Below, in pieces: positions 60,853-64,000 of a DNA stretch of 64,000 nt. Every line of letters starts with the position of its first letter. The first letter of the stretch is position 1. This DNA comes from Candidatus Bathyarchaeota archaeon. GTDB taxonomy: Archaea; Thermoproteota; Bathyarchaeia; TCS64. The stretch is taken from the NCBI GenBank assembly GCA_041304325.1, contig JBFYNP010000071.1, forward strand, positions 6,444 through 70,443, in the 5' to 3' direction. The notes below the pieces were generated by a model that saw nothing but the letters and a program-made list of their open reading frames with translations, had not been told where the DNA came from and ran no database searches. A program made the position numbers and the translations under genes.

Positions 60853-63285
60853 TCACTCAGTCGTGAGTGTGAATGATAGTCCCTCACGGTTTTCCACATT
60901 AGTGGCCCCTAGACCTTCGTTGTAATCTATCTGCTCGATCTTGAGGGTCTCTTTAAGGTCCACCTCTCCGAGTTTGAGGTCTTTTACGGTATTGGGGGGT
61001 CCGTAGATACTGAGTTTTTTCACAGGTTTATTGAGGCTGATGCCGCGCTTATTTTTCTCCTTACGTAGCTCGGTTATGAGGTCAATTAGGAGGTCTCCAA
61101 CTCGCTCTGCCTCCTCATCCACGAGTGATGGGTCGGCTATAGGCCAATTACTAATGTGAATGCTGTCCGTTGGGCTCTTCGCGTACATGTGGCTGAATAT
61201 TTCCTCCGTTGTATGGGGTAATACTGGAGCAAGGAGCTGCAGAGTCTTTGCAAAGGTATAGTAGAGGGTCTGCTGGGCTGCGATCTTGTCATCACCCGCT
61301 CCGTAGAGCCTCCACTTTGCTGCTTCAATATAGTGGTCGCAAAGGATATGCCAGGTAAAGTTGCGAGCTGCCTCCGTCGCGTTCATGAAGTCGCAGATCT
61401 CCATCGCAGCGGTGCTGGTTTCTATTGTCTTGTTCAGTTTGGCGAGTACCCACCTATCCAGAAGCTTTGGCTCCGTAAGATTCATAGATGTGTCGTAGTC
61501 CTCGAGCTTCATCGCGGCGAATCGGCTGGCGTTCCATAGCTTCGTCATGAAACGTTTGCCATACTCAACATCCTCCCACCTGAACGGGATATCTGTGCCT
61601 GTGGACCCTCCGCAGGCTGCCCATTGGCGTGCAGCGTCCGCACCTTGCTTCCCGAACACTTCTGGGGTATTGACGAAGTTTCCGAGGCTTTTACTCATCT
61701 TTCGTCCGTCTCCTCCCAGCACCATCCCGTTGATAAGCACCGAATTATATGCGGGTTCGTTGAATAGGGCTAGGCTTCTGACCATAAGGTAGTAAGCCCA
61801 GGTTCGAATGATGTCTTGCCCAGAGGGATGTAGACTCTCTGGGAAGAGGTTACGCCAATCGGGCCTATCGGGCCAGCCTGCGTGAATGGGGCACGTCATG
61901 CTGGAGTCGAACCAGGTATCCATTACATCGTATTCGGGCGTAAATTCACTTCCCCCGCATTTGGCGCATTTGCCTTGTGGTTGAGTGATCTTTGTGTCCA
62001 CGGGGAGCTCATCGGGTTCCGCTAGATGGATCTCTCCGCACTCTTTACAGTACCATGCTGGCACAGGTGTTGCGAAGACGCGTTGTCTGCTGAGCACCCA
62101 GTCCCAGTCGAGGCTCTCAGCCCAATTGATGAGACGATGCCTCATGTAGTCGGGGTACCAATCTATTTTCTTCGCCTGCTCAACAACTTTATCTGTTAAT
62201 GCGGTGGTGCGCATGAACCACTGCTTCGCGTTCACCACTTCGATTGGAGTATCGCAGCGCCAACATGTCCCTATCTCCTGCTCAAGCTGTTTCTCATCAC
62301 GTAGAAGGTCTGCAGCTTTAAGATCTTCAATGATCTGTTTCCGTGCATCGGTTACGCTTAGACCTTGATATTTGCCTCCGTTCTCGTTCAGACGTCCACG
62401 TTTGTCGAGCAGGTTGACCACTGGAAGCTTGAATTTAGCTACATCGATGACGTCGGCTTTGTCTCCATACGTGCAGATCATCATGGCGCCTGTTCCGAAA
62501 CTTATGTCCACATCGTCCTTAGCGATTATAGGGACCTTTCTGTTGAAGATGGGGATTGTTGCCTGTTTGCCAATGAGTTGGTTATATCGGCTATCTGTTG
62601 GATTAACCCCTATGGCTACGCAAGCAGGAATATACTCTGGACGTGTTGTAGCTATGATTAGCTCTCCACCAGGAACCGTAAAACCGATGCTGTAGATCTT
62701 TCCGGTACGTTTCATCCGCTCTACTTCTGCATCGGAGATCGCGGTTTCGCAGCGTGGACAGTGGTTGATGGGGTGTTCCCCTCGATATATGTAGCCTTTC
62801 TCGTACAGCATTAAGAAGCTAAGTTGGATCTTTCGTATGTAGGAAGGATCCATTGTTCGGTATTCAAGAGTCCAGTCGATGCTTATTCCAAGTCGAATTA
62901 TAGCTGTCCTCATTTTGCCAATGTACTGCTCAACCCATTCCTCGCACATCTTACGGAAAATATCTGGCGGAACATCACTTCTTCGTATCTTTTTGTTCTT
63001 CTCCACAGCAACCTCAGTAGGCATACCATGGCAATCCCAACCCTGTGGAAAGTGTACATTGTATCCCTGCATCCGCTTGTATCGGGCTCGGATATCGAAG
63101 TAAGTCCAGTTAAGGACATTACCCATATGAAAATCGCCTGATGGATAAGGTGGCGGAGTATCGATGCTGTATCTGGGACGTTTCATATCCTCCCAGTTGT
63201 ACCTATATGTGCCATGCTCTTCCCATAGCTTCTCCCATTTCTCCTCCATTAAGAGGAAATCTATCTTATTCGGTAACTGGTTCAT
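60853..63285 (-). CDS. valS: Valyl-tRNA synthetase
   Basis: It is a class I aaRS. The HIGH-region is PPPYPSGDFHMGN and the exact KMSKS is GRKMSKSLGN. The editing-domain motif is ATTRPEYIPACVAIGVNPTDSRY, as in ValRS. 810 aa fits archaeal ValRS and is too short for LeuRS or IleRS. Confidence 0.8.
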   Translation of the reverse strand: MNQLPNKIDFLLMEEKWEKLWEEHGTYRYNWEDMKRPRYSIDTPPPYPSGDFHMGNVLNWTYFDIRARYKRMQGYNVHFPQGWDCHGMPTEVAVEKNKKIRRSDVPPDIFRKMCEEWVEQYIGKMRTAIIRLGISIDWTLEYRTMDPSYIRKIQLSFLMLYEKGYIYRGEHPINHCPRCETAISDAEVERMKRTGKIYSIGFTVPGGELIIATTRPEYIPACVAIGVNPTDSRYNQLIGKQATIPIFNRKVPIIAKDDVDISFGTGAMMICTYGDKADVIDVAKFKLPVVNLLDKRGRLNENGGKYQGLSVTDARKQIIEDLKAADLLRDEKQLEQEIGTCWRCDTPIEVVNAKQWFMRTTALTDKVVEQAKKIDWYPDYMRHRLINWAESLDWDWVLSRQRVFATPVPAWYCKECGEIHLAEPDELPVDTKITQPQGKCAKCGGSEFTPEYDVMDTWFDSSMTCPIHAGWPDRPDWRNLFPESLHPSGQDIIRTWAYYLMVRSLALFNEPAYNSVLINGMVLGGDGRKMSKSLGNFVNTPEVFGKQGADAARQWAACGGSTGTDIPFRWEDVEYGKRFMTKLWNASRFAAMKLEDYDTSMNLTEPKLLDRWVLAKLNKTIETSTAAMEICDFMNATEAARNFTWHILCDHYIEAAKWRLYGAGDDKIAAQQTLYYTFAKTLQLLAPVLPHTTEEIFSHMYAKSPTDSIHISNWPIADPSLVDEEAERVGDLLIDLITELRKEKNKRGISLNKPVKKLSIYGPPNTVKDLKLGEVDLKETLKIEQIDYNEGLGATNVENREGLSFTLTTE

Positions 63286-63475
63286 GATTCTTACCTCGCG
63301 ATGCCGGACTAGGTATGCGAATAGCGTTCAGAAGGGCTAGTCGCTTTAAAACCTTGTTTGGCGTAACTCGAGTTCTGTATCGAATTGATTCTTTAAGCCC
63401 TATATAGGGCCTGGACAAAACAATACCCCATGTTCATCCCTCGAATTGTTACGTTAACATCTTATGTTAGGTTAT

Positions 63476-63482
63476 AAAAAAA
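63476..63482 (-). terminator. T7 tract (minus strand) 8-14 nt downstream of the MFS gene stop
   Basis: A7 read directly on the + strand, immediately 5' of the TAA complement at 63490-63492. Confidence 0.35.
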
Positions 63483-63489
63483 GGTTAGG

Positions 63490-64000
63490 TTAAATTCTAA
63501 GCTTCCTTGCTACGGGAATTATTAATAGAGAAACCATGGACAGGATAATGTAGATTGTAGCAGAGGAGTAATAAGTTCCAATTAAGCCAGCGGCAAGGGG
63601 GCTTATACAGGTAGATGCACCGTAGATCCCTTCGTATACTCCCATAGTTGTTCCGAGAGAGTCTTTTGGAGAGTTACGTGCCAAATAGTCTAAAATGATG
63701 GGCTCAATGATTCCGTTGGATGCGCCATATAGTAGGAGAGGAAGGAGGTAAGCCCACCCTGTTGCGGAGTATCCTATCCAGAGGAGTGAGATGCTTAAGA
63801 GGACAGCTCCCATAAGCAGTCCTTTCCATGAACCTAGCGCAACTATCTTTTCAGAGTAGAAGAAACCTACGCCTTTGATTGCACCGGAAGCAGCGATGAG
63901 AACACCTATCACTGATGCAGAAACTCCTGACTCCGCGAGGTATCCAGGGATTATTGCGAAATAAAGGCCTAATCCAAGTGCGTACGGTATCATAGCTAAA
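63490..64000 (-). CDS. MFS transporter, C-terminal part (5' end outside the window)
   Basis: The frame stays open to the window edge beyond the listed Met. It is hydrophobic with about 5 TM segments. The C-terminal half motif is LDYLARNSPKDSLGTTMGVYEG. Confidence 0.6.
   Translation of the reverse strand, partial: LAMIPYALGLGLYFAIIPGYLAESGVSASVIGVLIAASGAIKGVGFFYSEKIVALGSWKGLLMGAVLLSISLLWIGYSATGWAYLLPLLLYGASNGIIEPIILDYLARNSPKDSLGTTMGVYEGIYGASTCISPLAAGLIGTYYSSATIYIILSMVSLLIIPVARKLRI

Noticed and set aside
1-64000. Looked for CRISPR arrays, rRNA genes, transposases, integrases and long terminal or inverted repeats.
   Set aside because: I saw no regularly spaced 25-40-nt repeats, no rRNA-like segments, and no ORF with transposase or integrase catalytic motifs. 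The only repeats found are short promoter-scale elements, which are reported separately.

Overview
This is a 64-kb chromosomal segment from an archaeon. The evidence is aRF1 with NIKS and GGQ motifs, Cbf5, Alba, a CdvB-like ESCRT-III protein, archaeal-type UMP kinase, ValRS, and a class II tRNA-Leu with an upstream TATA box. Anaerobic NrdD, rubrerythrin, a cytoplasmic Mo/W-bisPGD oxidoreductase and a B12-radical-SAM enzyme point to an anaerobic lifestyle. A TACK-type lineage (Bathyarchaeia- or Thaumarchaeota-like) is inference only. I support about 60 protein genes, one tRNA and one decayed surface-protein pseudogene. I saw no rRNA, no CRISPR array and no clear mobile element (no integrase or transposase). 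Most of the window is housekeeping and metabolism.

The regions most worth a second look are:
- A low-GC block of six co-directional genes at about 40.8-48.7 kb. It encodes a rifampin-phosphotransferase-like PEP-utilising enzyme abutting a degenerate CPBP-like membrane protein, a MacB-type ABC pump with an embedded four-repeat beta-sandwich surface protein, and a membrane-anchored ferrochelatase-like protein.
- A tightly overlapping operon at 16.9-21.7 kb: DUF1537 kinase, PdxA-family dehydrogenase, LarA-like protein, then LysA.
- A Csa3/CARF-like wHTH regulator divergent from nrdH-nrdD, with a perfect palindrome in the shared promoter and no nrdG in the window.
- An Alba-(HhH)2 fusion.
- A small archaeosortase-like gene.
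- A class-B radical SAM gene next to an ICMT-DUF2085 fusion membrane protein.
- An orphan 800-aa HerA/FtsK-like ATPase in an AT-rich patch.

All functional calls come from reading motifs in the supplied translations. No database search was run.
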